NCBI GenBank assembly: GCA_963787835.1 | Contig: CAWBEI010000002.1 | Coordinates: 448,001-512,000, forward strand | Direction: 5' to 3' | From: Ignavibacteriota bacterium | Lineage (GTDB): Bacteria; Bacteroidota; Ignavibacteria; Palsa-1295 | DNA length: 64,000 nucleotides | Part shown: positions 38,216-49,500 of the stretch, piece after piece | Numbering within the stretch: the stretch's first letter is position 1 | Layout of the letters: every line of letters begins with the position of its first letter | The notes under the pieces: generated by a model | Databases searched by the model: none | What the model was told of the DNA's origin: nothing | The model's input: the letters and a program-made list of their open reading frames with translations, nothing else | Program-made: the position numbers and the translations under genes

Positions 38216-39541
38216 TTATCCGTAGATGCCTCGCAACTTGAGCGTGCGGGCGACCTTATCGATCGCGAGGATATACGAGGCAAGCCTTAACGAGACCTTG
38301 TAATGAACGGACGTTTCATAGACCCGGTCGAACGCGCCATTCATCACCTCTTCAAGCCGATCGTTGACGACTTCAAGGGTCCAATGATATCCCATGCGGT
38401 TTTGCACCCACTCGAAATAGCTGACTGTTACTCCACCGGCATTTGCAAGAATATCCGGTACTACAAGAATGCCTTTGGATTCCAGGATCGGATCGGCACC
38501 GGCTGTGGTCGGACCGTTTGCGCCCTCGACGATCAGTTTCGCCTGAATATTATGCGCATTGCGCTTGGTGATACGGTCCTCACGAGCGGCCGGAACAAGT
38601 ACATCACAATCGAGCGTCAGGAGCTGTTCATTAGTGATCTTTTCCCCGCCCTTCCAGCCCTCGAGCAAGAAATCGTGCGATTCCGAATAGCGAATGGCAT
38701 TTTCAACATCAATACCACCATCGTTATAATAGGCTCCAGAAATATCTGAGATACCGATCACTCTTGCACCTTCGCGAGAGAGCAACTGCGCTGAGATCGA
38801 GCCGACATTTCCGAATCCTTCAACGGCAACGGTCGTGTCCCGAGGTTTGAGTCCAATTTTATCCATGGCACGTAACGCCGCGTGCATCACACCGCGCCCG
38901 GTGGCCTCTTTCCTTCCCTTACTGCCACCAAGCACGAGCGGTTTGCCCGTGACGACGCCTGGCTCGGTACGCTTCATGTGCATGGACCATGTATCTAAGA
39001 TCCACGCCATAACCTGCTCGTTGGTGTTAACATCCGGCGCTGGAATATCGCGATCCGGGCCGAAGACATCGAGCATATTAGCAGTGTATCTCCGCGTGAT
39101 CTTTTCGAGCTGCTGGATCGTAAGGTGCCGCGGATCGCAACGGACTCCGCCTTTTGCACCACCGAATGGGATATCGACGACTGCGCATTTCCATGTCATC
39201 CAGGCGGCTAAGGCTTTTACTTCGTCAAGATTTACATCCGGCGCGTAACGGATACCACCCTTGCTGGGACCTAAAATATCATTATGAATAACGCGGTAGC
39301 CGTCAAAGACCTGAATAGAGCCATCATCCATTTGAATGGGAATAGAAACGATGACGGATTTGACTGGGGTTTTGAGATATTGATAAATGCCTGGTTCGAG
39401 GTGAAGGATCTCTGCTGCGCGATCGAATCGCTGCATCATGGACTCTAATGGATTATCTTTATCAAGGATCGGAGCCGGCTCTTTATATACCGATGGAGCG
39501 GATTCGGCAGTTTGGGGGAGGTCGTTCGTTGTAGTTGCCAT
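38216..39541 (-). CDS. gdhA: Glutamate dehydrogenase (Glu/Leu/Phe/Val dehydrogenase family)
   Basis: GPSKGGIRY, PFGGAKGG, DIPAPDV, GFGNVG, EGANGP, NAGGVTVSYFEWVQN. Confidence 0.93.
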   Translation of the reverse strand: MATTTNDLPQTAESAPSVYKEPAPILDKDNPLESMMQRFDRAAEILHLEPGIYQYLKTPVKSVIVSIPIQMDDGSIQVFDGYRVIHNDILGPSKGGIRYAPDVNLDEVKALAAWMTWKCAVVDIPFGGAKGGVRCDPRHLTIQQLEKITRRYTANMLDVFGPDRDIPAPDVNTNEQVMAWILDTWSMHMKRTEPGVVTGKPLVLGGSKGRKEATGRGVMHAALRAMDKIGLKPRDTTVAVEGFGNVGSISAQLLSREGARVIGISDISGAYYNDGGIDVENAIRYSESHDFLLEGWKGGEKITNEQLLTLDCDVLVPAAREDRITKRNAHNIQAKLIVEGANGPTTAGADPILESKGILVVPDILANAGGVTVSYFEWVQNRMGYHWTLEVVNDRLEEVMNGAFDRVYETSVHYKVSLRLASYILAIDKVARTLKLRGIYG

Positions 39542-39627
39542 TCTTGTTTTGTTGAGTCAAGTCTGGGCGCAAGCCCTTTAAATGGGTACGCCGTTAAAAT
39601 ATTTGCCGGGGTATAACAATCCTCTTC

Positions 39628-40549
39628 CTACTTTCTTTCCACGAGATCAAAGAGTATTTCCCCTTCATCCGCGGATACAATGTCTGTGCCAAGTACCCGG
39701 GCAAGAAGACGCTGAGTAAGTGTGGGGTCATCATCCAGAAAATGGCGAGAGTGCTGACGCGCCTGACGAACCTGCTCTGGATCGATATCGGCAACGATCA
39801 GGTCTTCCTCAAAAAACGCCCCTCTATCGATCGTTTCTCCCGATGGAGCGACTATTTCCGATCCACCCCAAAAATTTACACCATCCTCGACTCCCACACG
39901 ATTAACGAATATGACGTAACAACCAAGCAACCTCGCATACGCTGCGTGATGCTCGCGGTTGATGATGTAATTCTCTGGTACGTTGGGATGATGGAGCTGG
40001 TTTTCTCCGGTACCTAAGCGGGTCGGGCTTGCAGCGATGGTTATGATAAGCTGCGCACCATCGAGTGCCAGAACATACGGAAGAGCGGGATGCCAGAGAT
40101 CTTCGCAAACCAGCATTCCGATGCGGCCTAGCCGATCTGATGTGAACGCCTCGGCTGCACGGCCAGCGGTAAAATATCTTCCTTCCTCGAAAATTCCGTA
40201 CGTTGGAGGATAGACTTTACGATGGGTATATTTGACCGTACCATCCTCGAATAAAAGTGCGGCATTGTAAACCGCGCCGCGCTCATCTTCCTCGATAGCC
40301 CCACAAATAATAGTGATCCTTTTTGAAAGTTTCCGTAATGGTGCGTAGGCCGCTGCTTCCGATCCGGCCGCACAATCGAAATTAAGATCGCGGACGGTGT
40401 AGCCGGTAAGTGAAAGTTCGGGAAAAATGATGGCATCAGCGCCCCGTTCGATCGCACGTTCTGCCCGTTCCACATGCCGCTCGACGTTGCGATCCACATC
40501 ACCAAGAACAGAGGAGATCTGGGCTAATGCAATGCGGGAGGGTTTTCAA
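39628..40549 (-). CDS. Carbon-nitrogen hydrolase (nitrilase superfamily); apparent frameshift near the start
   Basis: Triad FPEL / HRKVY / VCEDLW; RIALAQ is in frame upstream of 40497; removing one base at 40536-40538 gives MKTLRIALAQ from TTG 40549. Confidence 0.88.
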
Positions 40550-40573
40550 AAGCATCTTGTTTGGAAAGTCATT

Positions 40574-41875
40574 TTAGCGATCGATCACGAACATCCGCTC
40601 CGCATGTTGATCTCCAGACTCCAGACGATAATAATATGCACCGTTCGGGAGGGAGTGTCCGTCAAACGAAACATTGTATCTCCCTGGAGAATAATAGCCA
40701 TTGGTAACTATTGCTACCATGCGTCCGGTGAGGTCGAAAACGGAGAGCGAAATTGGCCCTGGGTCTGAAAGTGAAAAACGGATCGACGTCGCCAAGCTAA
40801 AGGGATTCGGTGAATTCTGATCCAGAACGATGGCAGACTGCGATCCCGCAGAGCCCTCCTTCACACCACCTAATCCGCTGGGGCTATATTTAAAAACACC
40901 GTTATCTGTAGCCGCGAACAGGGTTCCACTATTATTGAACGCAAGCGCATTGATAGTATCGGTCGTCAATCCAGAAGAAATGTCTTTCCAGGTTTTTCCG
41001 GTATCGGGCGAGACGGATATCCCCCCCGTCTTGCCATTGGTAGAATTCGTCCCTATGAAGATTTCTCCGTTCGAGGCTACCACTAAATTGTAGTACGTGG
41101 AATTGGTGGCCCACGGAGGGGTGATCGAAGCCCAATAGTTACCGCTATCCTTAGAAAAATACAGTCCGCCCGTTCCGCCTGCCACGATTAGCCCACTATT
41201 GAGAAAGCCGAATGCAACGCCAGCGCCGAAGGCTGGAGCTCCAGGAATCGAATCCCAAAACTCACCGGTTCGCCCCAAAGCGCGCGCAAGAGACGTTTGT
41301 GTTCCGGCAAAGATCAGCCCGGATTGGCTTGCTGCAACAAAGGAAGGAAAGTTGGTGTAATCCTGAAAGACCCCCTGCTCGTACCAGCTATCCCCATAAT
41401 TGTCGGAGGCCCATAACTCGCTGCCCTGCGAGGAAGCGAACATCGATCCCATCAGTCCAATGGAATATGATCCTATTACCGGATCAAATGGGTTGCCAGA
41501 ATCGATCACCATTTGCTGCCACGAATTTCCATCGTCCGGCGATCTGAATTGCCGTGTGCTCCCGCCCACAAAAAGTTCACCTTTCGCATCCACGCCATAC
41601 ACGGGACCCAGTTGGGCTTCCGCTATTGCAGGTTTAGGAATTAGTACCCAGGACCCTCCATTATTCGTCGAACGAAATACGCCTGCAAAACTGCCGAATT
41701 TGGTCAAAGCCCCGGCAAAAAGAGTTCCATCCGGGGAGACGGCGAGTGAACCTACCGGCGCGGAAAGACCAACCGTATCCGGTACCCAATATTGCGCATT
41801 CGCCACACCAGAACTAAGAGCAAGACTGAACGTTAGAATCCAAATGCATTGGATGAATGACAAGAAGCGAAGCAT
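40574..41875 (-). CDS. T9SS-secreted beta-propeller (BNR/Asp-box repeat) protein
   Basis: Signal peptide ANA-Q; repeated SxDxGxxW; CTD LDQNSPNPF...GAYYYRL. Confidence 0.88.
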   Translation of the reverse strand: MLRFLSFIQCIWILTFSLALSSGVANAQYWVPDTVGLSAPVGSLAVSPDGTLFAGALTKFGSFAGVFRSTNNGGSWVLIPKPAIAEAQLGPVYGVDAKGELFVGGSTRQFRSPDDGNSWQQMVIDSGNPFDPVIGSYSIGLMGSMFASSQGSELWASDNYGDSWYEQGVFQDYTNFPSFVAASQSGLIFAGTQTSLARALGRTGEFWDSIPGAPAFGAGVAFGFLNSGLIVAGGTGGLYFSKDSGNYWASITPPWATNSTYYNLVVASNGEIFIGTNSTNGKTGGISVSPDTGKTWKDISSGLTTDTINALAFNNSGTLFAATDNGVFKYSPSGLGGVKEGSAGSQSAIVLDQNSPNPFSLATSIRFSLSDPGPISLSVFDLTGRMVAIVTNGYYSPGRYNVSFDGHSLPNGAYYYRLESGDQHAERMFVIDR

Positions 41876-42050
41876 AACGTAAAAAACCCTTCCTATACTA
41901 AAGTGAACATCGTTGAGACCTTTTTGCGACTTCTAAAAAACAACTCAATGGCTGGAAAGTTACAGCCAATCATATGGTTTCTATCAGAAAGACCGCGCAC
42001 CTCACGAGCTTCGCTGGTGTTCACTGTAATCCGCACCACTATTCATTACG

Positions 42051-42881
42051 ATGATCACGACTTTTCGAGGCAAATCCAGCATCGCAGCACACGCTATTCT
42101 CCTTGTCGGGTGCATAACGATGTTCTTCCCGCTGGTGTGGATGGTGCTGCTTTCGGTAAGTAATAACCCTCCGGGCGATGCTTCGATTGGCGAACTGCTT
42201 CGCGGCGTATTTACGCTTTCGAATTATACGGACGCATTGCGATCCGATCAATTTGGGATCTATTTTTTGAATTCCGTGCTGGTCGCTTCGGTGGTTGCTG
42301 TTGGCAGCGCATTGTTCTCGACCACTGTAGCTTATGCCTTCGCCCACCGAGAGTTTAAAATGAAGAACTGGCTCTTTGCGAGCGTTCTTGGGGTACTCAT
42401 GGTCCCTCCACATGTTGTAATGATACCGCTCTTTCGTGAGATCGTGAATTTTGGATGGATCAATACGTATTTTGCCCTTACACTTCCGTTCATCGTCACA
42501 CCGTTCGGGATCTTTTTGATGAGGCAATATATCGAAGGACTTCCAAAAGAATTAGAAGAAGCCGCTCGAATCGATGGTGCAAGAACAGTTGGTATATTGC
42601 GTAGCATCATTTTTCCGCTCTCTACACCTATGCTGGTGGTGCTTTTCATCTACCAATTCCTTACAACGTGGAATGCATTCTTATTCCCATTTCTCTTCGT
42701 CAATAAAGCGACCATGCGTACCCTGCCGGTCGGGCTGGCATTTTATCAGGGCAAACAGTCGATCGATTGGGGCCATCTGATGGCTGGCGCAGGGATGAGC
42801 GCCATCCCCGTGCTGATCTTATTCGCTGTGTTCCAACGTAAGATCATTACCGGATTCACCGCCGGCGCGCTCAAAGGTTGA
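42051..42881 (+). CDS. Carbohydrate ABC transporter permease (MalG-like)
   Basis: EAA loop LPKELEEAARIDGA; WNAFLFP; six TM segments. Confidence 0.93.
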   Translation: MITTFRGKSSIAAHAILLVGCITMFFPLVWMVLLSVSNNPPGDASIGELLRGVFTLSNYTDALRSDQFGIYFLNSVLVASVVAVGSALFSTTVAYAFAHREFKMKNWLFASVLGVLMVPPHVVMIPLFREIVNFGWINTYFALTLPFIVTPFGIFLMRQYIEGLPKELEEAARIDGARTVGILRSIIFPLSTPMLVVLFIYQFLTTWNAFLFPFLFVNKATMRTLPVGLAFYQGKQSIDWGHLMAGAGMSAIPVLILFAVFQRKIITGFTAGALKG

Positions 42882-42895
42882 GCATGTCCATGTTA

Positions 42896-43456
42896 TTAAT
42901 TCAACTTCAAGTATCGTTTCATTTTATCAAAACGAGTTTCCCCAATACCGTGGACATTCATTAGTTCTTCGAGCGTTCGAAAATTCCCACGCTCTGTCCG
43001 GTATGCAAGGATCAGTTCCGCGGTTGCCGGACCAACCGAAGGCAGCCGAATAAAGTCTTCTTTTGTGCCCAGATTCAATGAGATCGAATACGGCGTGAGG
43101 CCATCGGTCTTCGAATGAGGTTTTGCCTTTGCTCGACGTACAGCCTCGGGCAATAGAGAATCTTCAGGAAGCGAAAAGAAGAGAGAGTCCCGAGTATTTG
43201 CTGCACCTGAGAGTGCAAGAAAAAGGCTGTCTGCTCGACGCCTATCGAGAGTCTCACTCGAATCTCGTTTTTCTGGAAACCATGTAAAATATGTCTGCTT
43301 GCCAAAACGGAATAAGAGCACAGCGATCCCAATACCAAGGAATAACGCCAAAGCCCGAAATTCACGCGGTGTGTAGAATTGAGAACCAGCCGCTACGATC
43401 TGCCGGCGAATTTTGCTCAACCATTGACGGAGTTTTCCTGGGACTATTCTTCTCAT
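42896..43456 (-). CDS. ComEA-like helix-hairpin-helix DNA-binding protein
   Basis: TM segment, then LPSVGPATAELILAYR..GNFRTLEELMNVHGIG; start moved to the Met at 43456. Confidence 0.85.
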   Translation of the reverse strand: MRRIVPGKLRQWLSKIRRQIVAAGSQFYTPREFRALALFLGIGIAVLLFRFGKQTYFTWFPEKRDSSETLDRRRADSLFLALSGAANTRDSLFFSLPEDSLLPEAVRRAKAKPHSKTDGLTPYSISLNLGTKEDFIRLPSVGPATAELILAYRTERGNFRTLEELMNVHGIGETRFDKMKRYLKLN

Positions 43457-43499
43457 CCCAGCGAAGTTACGGAAAAAATAGGAGTAGGACCAGAAACCC

Positions 43500-44702
43500 T
43501 TATGCGAAGATACTTCGAATATTCTCGAAGAGCCCGTCTTTGGAGGTCGCTTTCTTATGTCCCTTGCCCTGCTTGCCTTTTGGTTTATCCACCGGAGGCG
43601 CTTCTTTAGACGGTCGAAAATGCTCAAGGGTGGCGAGCCGTTCGAGAAGATCACGCTCCTCTTTCGTCAAATGATCGGGCGTAGCGATCTGTATTCGGAC
43701 GAGTTCGTCCCCTTTCCCGGAATGAGATAAATGTTGAATGCCTTTTCCTCGCATTCGAAGCAATGTCCCTGCCTGCGTACCCGCCTGGATCGTTAACAAC
43801 GAATGCCCGGCAAGCGTAGGAACTTCGACATCTGCTCCAAGCAATGCCTGCGGCACGGTGATCTCAAGATCAAATACGACATCATCCCCATCCCGCAGGA
43901 AATGATCGTGTGGAAGCTCTTGGACGACAACGAGCGCGTTCCCTGCCGGTCCGCCGCGCCGGCCCGCATGTCCCTGACCTGAAAGCGTGAGATAGTTACC
44001 TTCGCTAACGCCAGCGGGAATTTTCACGGAGAGTGTTGTTTCCTCCTGCACTCGGCCATCTCCATGGCAGACAGTGCATCGCTCACGGATCGTCTGGCCC
44101 GTACCTTGACAGGTAGGACAAACCGTCACATTCACAAATTGCCCAAAGCCCATAGAGCGAACCTGGCGAATTTGGCCTGACCCATGGCACATCTGGCATG
44201 TTTCGATCGCTGTTCCGGCTTTGGCGCCCGTGCCGGAGCACGTGGAACACGTTACTAAATGGCGAACTTTGATCTTCTTTTCAACGCCATCCGCGATCTC
44301 TTCCAGCGTGAGCGCTAACGGAATTTGAAGATCATTCCCACGCTCCGGCGCATTGGGATTGCGGCTTTGGCCGCCTCCAAAGAACTGCTCAAAAATGCTT
44401 CCGCCGCCCATGCCACCAAAAATGTCGGCAAAATGGGAAAAAATATCGTTGGTATTCTGATAGTGTCCAAAATCGGTCGCGCGAACGCCTTCATGCCCGA
44501 AGCGGTCGTAGCGGGCACGTTTGTCGGTATCACTCAATACTTCATACGCTTCGGTCGCTTCCTTGAATTTTTCTTCCGCCTCTCTATTGTCAGGATTGCG
44601 GTCCGGATGAAACTCCATCGCAAGCTTACGATACGACTTTTTGATCTCGTCGATCGTAGCTCCACGCGATACGTTTAGTATCTCATAATAATCACGCTTC
44701 AT
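43500..44702 (-). CDS. dnaJ: Chaperone DnaJ
   Basis: J domain with HPD, G/F region, four CxxCxGxG repeats. Confidence 0.98.
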   Translation of the reverse strand: MKRDYYEILNVSRGATIDEIKKSYRKLAMEFHPDRNPDNREAEEKFKEATEAYEVLSDTDKRARYDRFGHEGVRATDFGHYQNTNDIFSHFADIFGGMGGGSIFEQFFGGGQSRNPNAPERGNDLQIPLALTLEEIADGVEKKIKVRHLVTCSTCSGTGAKAGTAIETCQMCHGSGQIRQVRSMGFGQFVNVTVCPTCQGTGQTIRERCTVCHGDGRVQEETTLSVKIPAGVSEGNYLTLSGQGHAGRRGGPAGNALVVVQELPHDHFLRDGDDVVFDLEITVPQALLGADVEVPTLAGHSLLTIQAGTQAGTLLRMRGKGIQHLSHSGKGDELVRIQIATPDHLTKEERDLLERLATLEHFRPSKEAPPVDKPKGKQGKGHKKATSKDGLFENIRSIFA

Positions 44703-44726
44703 GTATTAGCCGTACGCTCCCATTAA

Positions 44727-45239
44727 TTATTCTACCGCCTTTGACACGAACACTTTTGCATGGCGCAGAATAGCATCATGCAGAAAATATCCTTGTTGGA
44801 TCTCACGAGTGACCATACCAGGCGCAATATCGCTGCGCGGCTCTTCTAAGAGCGCATCGTGCTTCATTGGATCGAAGGCTTCGCCAACGGTCTGCATGGG
44901 GCGCACCCCATATCGTTCGAGCATCTTGAGAAAACTCTTGTAGATGAGTTCGACGCCTTGCGTCATAGGATCTTTTGCGGATAATGCATCTTTCGATTCC
45001 GAGGCGTGCTCAATTGTACGCTCAAGATCATCAATAATTCCGAAAAGATCCATGATGAGCCTTTTGTTTGCATCGTAGATCAGTTGCTCTCGCTCCTGCT
45101 GATGACGGCGGCGCATGTTTTCGAGCTCGGCAGTTCGCCGGAGCAGTTGATCGCGGGTACTGTCGAGCGTTCGCTCGACCTCGGCGATCTTGTCATCTAC
45201 AACATCCTCATTGATCAGATTTTCTTCGTTCTTCGCCAT
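44727..45239 (-). CDS. grpE: Nucleotide exchange factor GrpE
   Basis: RRTAELENMRRR, FDPMKHDAL, GY.LHD.ILRHAKV.V. Confidence 0.96.
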   Translation of the reverse strand: MAKNEENLINEDVVDDKIAEVERTLDSTRDQLLRRTAELENMRRRHQQEREQLIYDANKRLIMDLFGIIDDLERTIEHASESKDALSAKDPMTQGVELIYKSFLKMLERYGVRPMQTVGEAFDPMKHDALLEEPRSDIAPGMVTREIQQGYFLHDAILRHAKVFVSKAVE

Positions 45240-45251
45240 ACATTTTAAATA

Positions 45252-46358
45252 TTATTTTATAGCCAATAGCCCGGACATGGCACGCGCCACATATTCTACG
45301 AGCGGTGCAATGCGCCCATAGTCCATTCTCTTCGGCCCGATCAAGCCTATAATACCCCGCTCCCCGCCGATCTGGTACTTTGTGCTTATAAGGCTATAGC
45401 CCGTCATATTCTGTTCTTCCAGTTCACTACCGATGCGGATTGCGATCCCTCCAGTGGAAATAGAAGAATCATTTCCTGCCGCCCCTTCGAGTACATGGAT
45501 CACGACCTCTTGATTATCGATGAGTTCTATAATGCTTTGAAATTCTTCATCGCGAGTCAGATCCCGGCGCTGAAATTCCGGTTGAACGAAAATATTTTTT
45601 GCACCGCTGATCTTTACACGATCCGAACCACTCTCGTCGAACAGCCTTTCCGGTGCATCGATAAAAAGCCGGAGAATCGATCGATCATGCTCAGAAAGAT
45701 CGCTCATCCGCTCTCGAAAGGTTGCTTTTACTTCCCGAAAGCTGCGTCCGGCCAGCCGCTCGTTGAGCAAAAATCGGAGTTCGTCCAGCTTAGATTGAGC
45801 AAGCACGTTATCCGTTTCAAGCGTCACCGTTCTTACTCGTCCACTCGATGCCGCAAGGACCACAAGCAAACGGTTCGAGGAAAGCTGGGCGATCTCTACT
45901 CGTTCCAGTATTCCCTCATCCAATGCCGGAAGCAATGCAATCGAAAGTTGCTGCGAGAGCTTTGCAAGAATATCAGAGGACGCTTCCAAAACATCCTCTG
46001 CCGTGACAGCATCCGCAAGCGACCGTGCAACTGCTTTGCGATCTGCTGGTGTCACATGTTCCCGAGCCATCAGGTCGTTTACATAAAGCCGGTAACCTTT
46101 GTCCGTAGGCATTCGGCCTGCGCTTGTATGAGGATGATCGACATACCCCATATACTCGAGATCCGCCATGATATTCCTAGTGGAGGCATCGCTCAAACCT
46201 AACGAACTTACACGCGCAAGGTAACGAGAGCCGACCGGATTGGCTGTCAGAACATAATGACGTACGATCAACCGTAATATTTCTCGCTGGCGCTCGGTTA
46301 ATTCCGCACTTTGTGCTGTCACTACAGATTGATGTCGCTGTTTCGTGTCCTCCTTCAT
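45252..46358 (-). CDS. hrcA: Heat-inducible transcriptional repressor HrcA
   Basis: LTERQREIL, PVGSRYL, HPHTSAGRMPTDKGYRLYV, IGPKRMDY. Confidence 0.95.
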   Translation of the reverse strand: MKEDTKQRHQSVVTAQSAELTERQREILRLIVRHYVLTANPVGSRYLARVSSLGLSDASTRNIMADLEYMGYVDHPHTSAGRMPTDKGYRLYVNDLMAREHVTPADRKAVARSLADAVTAEDVLEASSDILAKLSQQLSIALLPALDEGILERVEIAQLSSNRLLVVLAASSGRVRTVTLETDNVLAQSKLDELRFLLNERLAGRSFREVKATFRERMSDLSEHDRSILRLFIDAPERLFDESGSDRVKISGAKNIFVQPEFQRRDLTRDEEFQSIIELIDNQEVVIHVLEGAAGNDSSISTGGIAIRIGSELEEQNMTGYSLISTKYQIGGERGIIGLIGPKRMDYGRIAPLVEYVARAMSGLLAIK

Positions 46359-46444
46359 ATCCTTGGCGAAGAACACGTTGGTTTACGAAGGGAGTTTCGT
46401 GAAGCGTATTAATGGTGCTATTCTGTAGCATTCGTTTAAATCGG

Positions 46445-46478
46445 GACTGCCCGCCGTGGATAACCACGGTGGGCAGTC
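46445..46478 (-). terminator. Strong hairpin downstream of giant gene 1
   Basis: GACTGCCCGCCGTGG ATAA CCACGGTGGGCAGTC. Confidence 0.7.
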
Positions 46479-46540
46479 GCTTGATTTCGGTTGGGATGTT
46501 TTTTGCTTCCCGTATGTCCGTCTTACCGAGCTTTCCCGTC

Positions 46541-49500
46541 TTACTGTTTTTCGATGGTGAGCTTGCTCGAGAGCGTGGCGCTGCGGCCGTCGGCTCCGGT
46601 GGCGGTCATCTCATAGAGATAGCTGCCGCTCGGTAGCGAGGTCAGGTCGAGCTTCACGTTCTGGGTGCCCGCCTCGAACGACTGGTTCGTCACCTCGCTG
46701 TTGACCACCTTGCCCGTCACGTCCATCACCCGCAGCGTTACCTGCGAGGCTTCCGGAAGCGTGAACGATACCTCCGTCACACCGGCCGAGGGATTCGGAT
46801 AGCTCTGGCCCAGTGTAAAGCCAAGCTGGCTTGCATCCGGACCCAGTTCCACCGTATTCGAGTACGTCTCCGCACCCGTCTCATCGACCGCCGCAATGCG
46901 GTACGTGTACGACTGCGAAGGATCCAGACCCGTGATCGAGGAGGCATAGTCCGTCTGATCCGCGACCGCCGTCACCGGATGCAGCACCGTCCAGCTGTTC
47001 TGGTTCTGCTGCTCCACATCGTAGCGTACCACGTTCGGCAAGCCTACCACATCCCACGTGATCGTCGCGGCATTACCGCTGACCCGCTGAATGCTCGCAC
47101 TCACATTGTCGATCGGTAGGATCGTACCATTGTGACTGCGGAAGAAGGCAAAGGCTGCTGCAAGCGTTCGTGTCGTACCGCTCGTCAATGCATCCTGTGC
47201 CGCCGTGCTCGGAGACGTCTGGTGCGGGTTCGCCCAGTCAAAGGCATAGAACACCGTGTTCACCAGGGGATCGTAATACGATACACCCGCTCCATTGTTC
47301 GGATTGCTGTACGAGTAGTTCGAGTACGTGTACGCATACCCGTTGACCTTCGGACCCACCGCAGGCGTCGTCAGGGATGGCATGATCACGTTCGGTGTCA
47401 GGCTCGAGGTCAGATCCGTCGAGCATTCCTCGCAGTCACTCCCGTTCGGATTGACCGGGATCGAAAGGCTGTCCGCAAACGTCCAGTACGCCGGCTGCTG
47501 GCCCACGATCCGGCCAATATACGAGGAACTCGTCGGGTAGTTCGCCACATACTGTGTGTGCATCGTCGATTGCATCCATTGCGTATCCGTCACCGGATTG
47601 TTCGACTGCACATACCCATTGTAGTAGGCAATGTGCTGGCCCGCGATCACAAGGCTCTTCTTCGCATAGCTCTGCCCTGCGCCCAGATACCGCGTGATCT
47701 CATCCGTCTCCTGCAGCGTCGGACCGCCCTGACCCGTCGACTGACCGGCAACCGGGGCAACGCCCGGATCGCCGCTCGACCACACGATCGTCCACCACGG
47801 CGTGTAATCGATGATCGTCGTGTTCGGAAGGCCCTTCGGAGCGTTACGGTCGATCGTGTCGAACGGTACCCCTAATCGGTTCAACGCCGCGATCACCGAA
47901 TCACGGTTCTGACGGCCATCCGAGGCCGCACCATTATAGGAAAGCAATACCGCATTCTGCTTCAACAGGATCGTAAACGTCTTCGTCTGCGAGTTGTTCG
48001 CGTCGTTCTGGTCGTTCGGGACGCTCACCGTTACCCGGAACACCCCCGTGCTGTTCGACGCCGTCAACGCCGGACCCTGGAACGCGACGCTCTTCGACTC
48101 GCCCACCTGCCACGTCAACGGGGCAGACGTGCCCGTATACACCGTCGTCCATACACCATTGACCGAACGCTGCACCGTCGCCGTGACCTTCTGGCTATAG
48201 ACGCCTACGCTCGATAGGTTCTTCACCACGCCCGTGATCCATAACGGACTCTCCGTCGTCACTAAGGACGTGTCGCTCGTCTGCGAGAACCCGCCCGGCT
48301 GTGAGATCTCTAAGACCGCAAGATCGTTCGTGAACTGGAACCCGTCCCATTCATCCGCCCCGATGTCCGGGCTCGGATTGTTCTGCGAACGAACGTCTCC
48401 GTCGAAATCATGAGCCTCCGACGACGTACCAAGCCACGCGCCGTTGTTCGAGGCCGGACTTTCGATGTACGTCAAGGCCGGTGGCATGTGCAACGAATCC
48501 ACTCCCATCGCTGGCGTACCGAACAACGGATCGCCCGATAACGAGTGGCTGTCCTGACCCACATACGTACGCCAGTCGTTCAAACGGCGGAAGTACAGGC
48601 TCTGGAATACCGTCCCATACCGTGCGTCGTACTCCGTCACCGAGTCGAAGACGTTCGTGCCACGCAAATCGAATACGTTATAGTCCGAACTGATCGAACT
48701 TGCATACGGACGAGGTACCTCTAAGTTGTAGTTCGTGTACGGACCGGTGCCCGTGTTCTGGAAAATGTTGTTCCAGATGAACGCGTGCTTCGCGTATTTG
48801 ATCGTGATGTTCGATGTCGCGTTGTTCGTCGAGATCGAGTTGTTGAACACCGAATCCTTGTCCGTCGAATACGGAACCGTGCCCGACGTCGAAGAGATCG
48901 TCGTCATCAGGATCGGGAACACCTTCCCCGCGCTCGTACGAAGGTCTAAGATCATGTTGTTCGTCAATCGGTTCTGCGTTACCGCCGGTAACGTCGATTT
49001 CACATTCGTCAGACCCGTGCTCGTGTACTGCCACGACGACTGCTGCAGCGCGATCCCATGCGTGTTGCCCGCTGCCGATGTCATGATACGGATCCGGTTC
49101 GCATCGATCCAGGCACCCGTCACGTTACCCGTGTCACCCGCCCACTGAGGGTTCGAAGGCGGGCCGATGTACGTGTTCATGTTCGGCTGTACAATGCCAT
49201 ACACATTCCACGTCGCTCCGCCGCCCTGCGGTACTACGTTCGCGTTCACGTTCGAGATCTCGTTGTGTGAGATCACGATCCCGGTCTCGCTGTTGAACTG
49301 GATGCCCGCGTACGATAATGGGTTCGACGACGTACCTACCGTGTTCCGCGTGATCACGTCATTGTAGTTGCGCCACGTCGTGTACGCACCCTTCACCGGA
49401 TCGTACGCATCGTGGTACCCGTGATCGTAGATCCCATACTTCGCATTGCCAAGCTCGCAGTTGTTGACCGTGATATTGCTCGTCGCAACCGTATCGTGGA

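Noticed and set aside
42051-42881. Lone ABC permease as an unusual system
   Set aside because: Dispersed ABC subunits are common and the partners may lie outside the window
43457-43654. N-terminal extension of the ComEA-like ORF
   Set aside because: It overlaps the dnaJ 3' end on the same strand; the Met at 43456 is more plausible
44727-46358. dnaK missing from the hrcA-grpE-dnaJ cluster
   Set aside because: dnaK is often encoded elsewhere; absence from one window is uninformative
46359-46440. CIRCE operator upstream of hrcA
   Set aside because: Only a short TGCTA-N5-TAGCA palindrome is present; no TTAGCACTC-N9-GAGTGCTAA match
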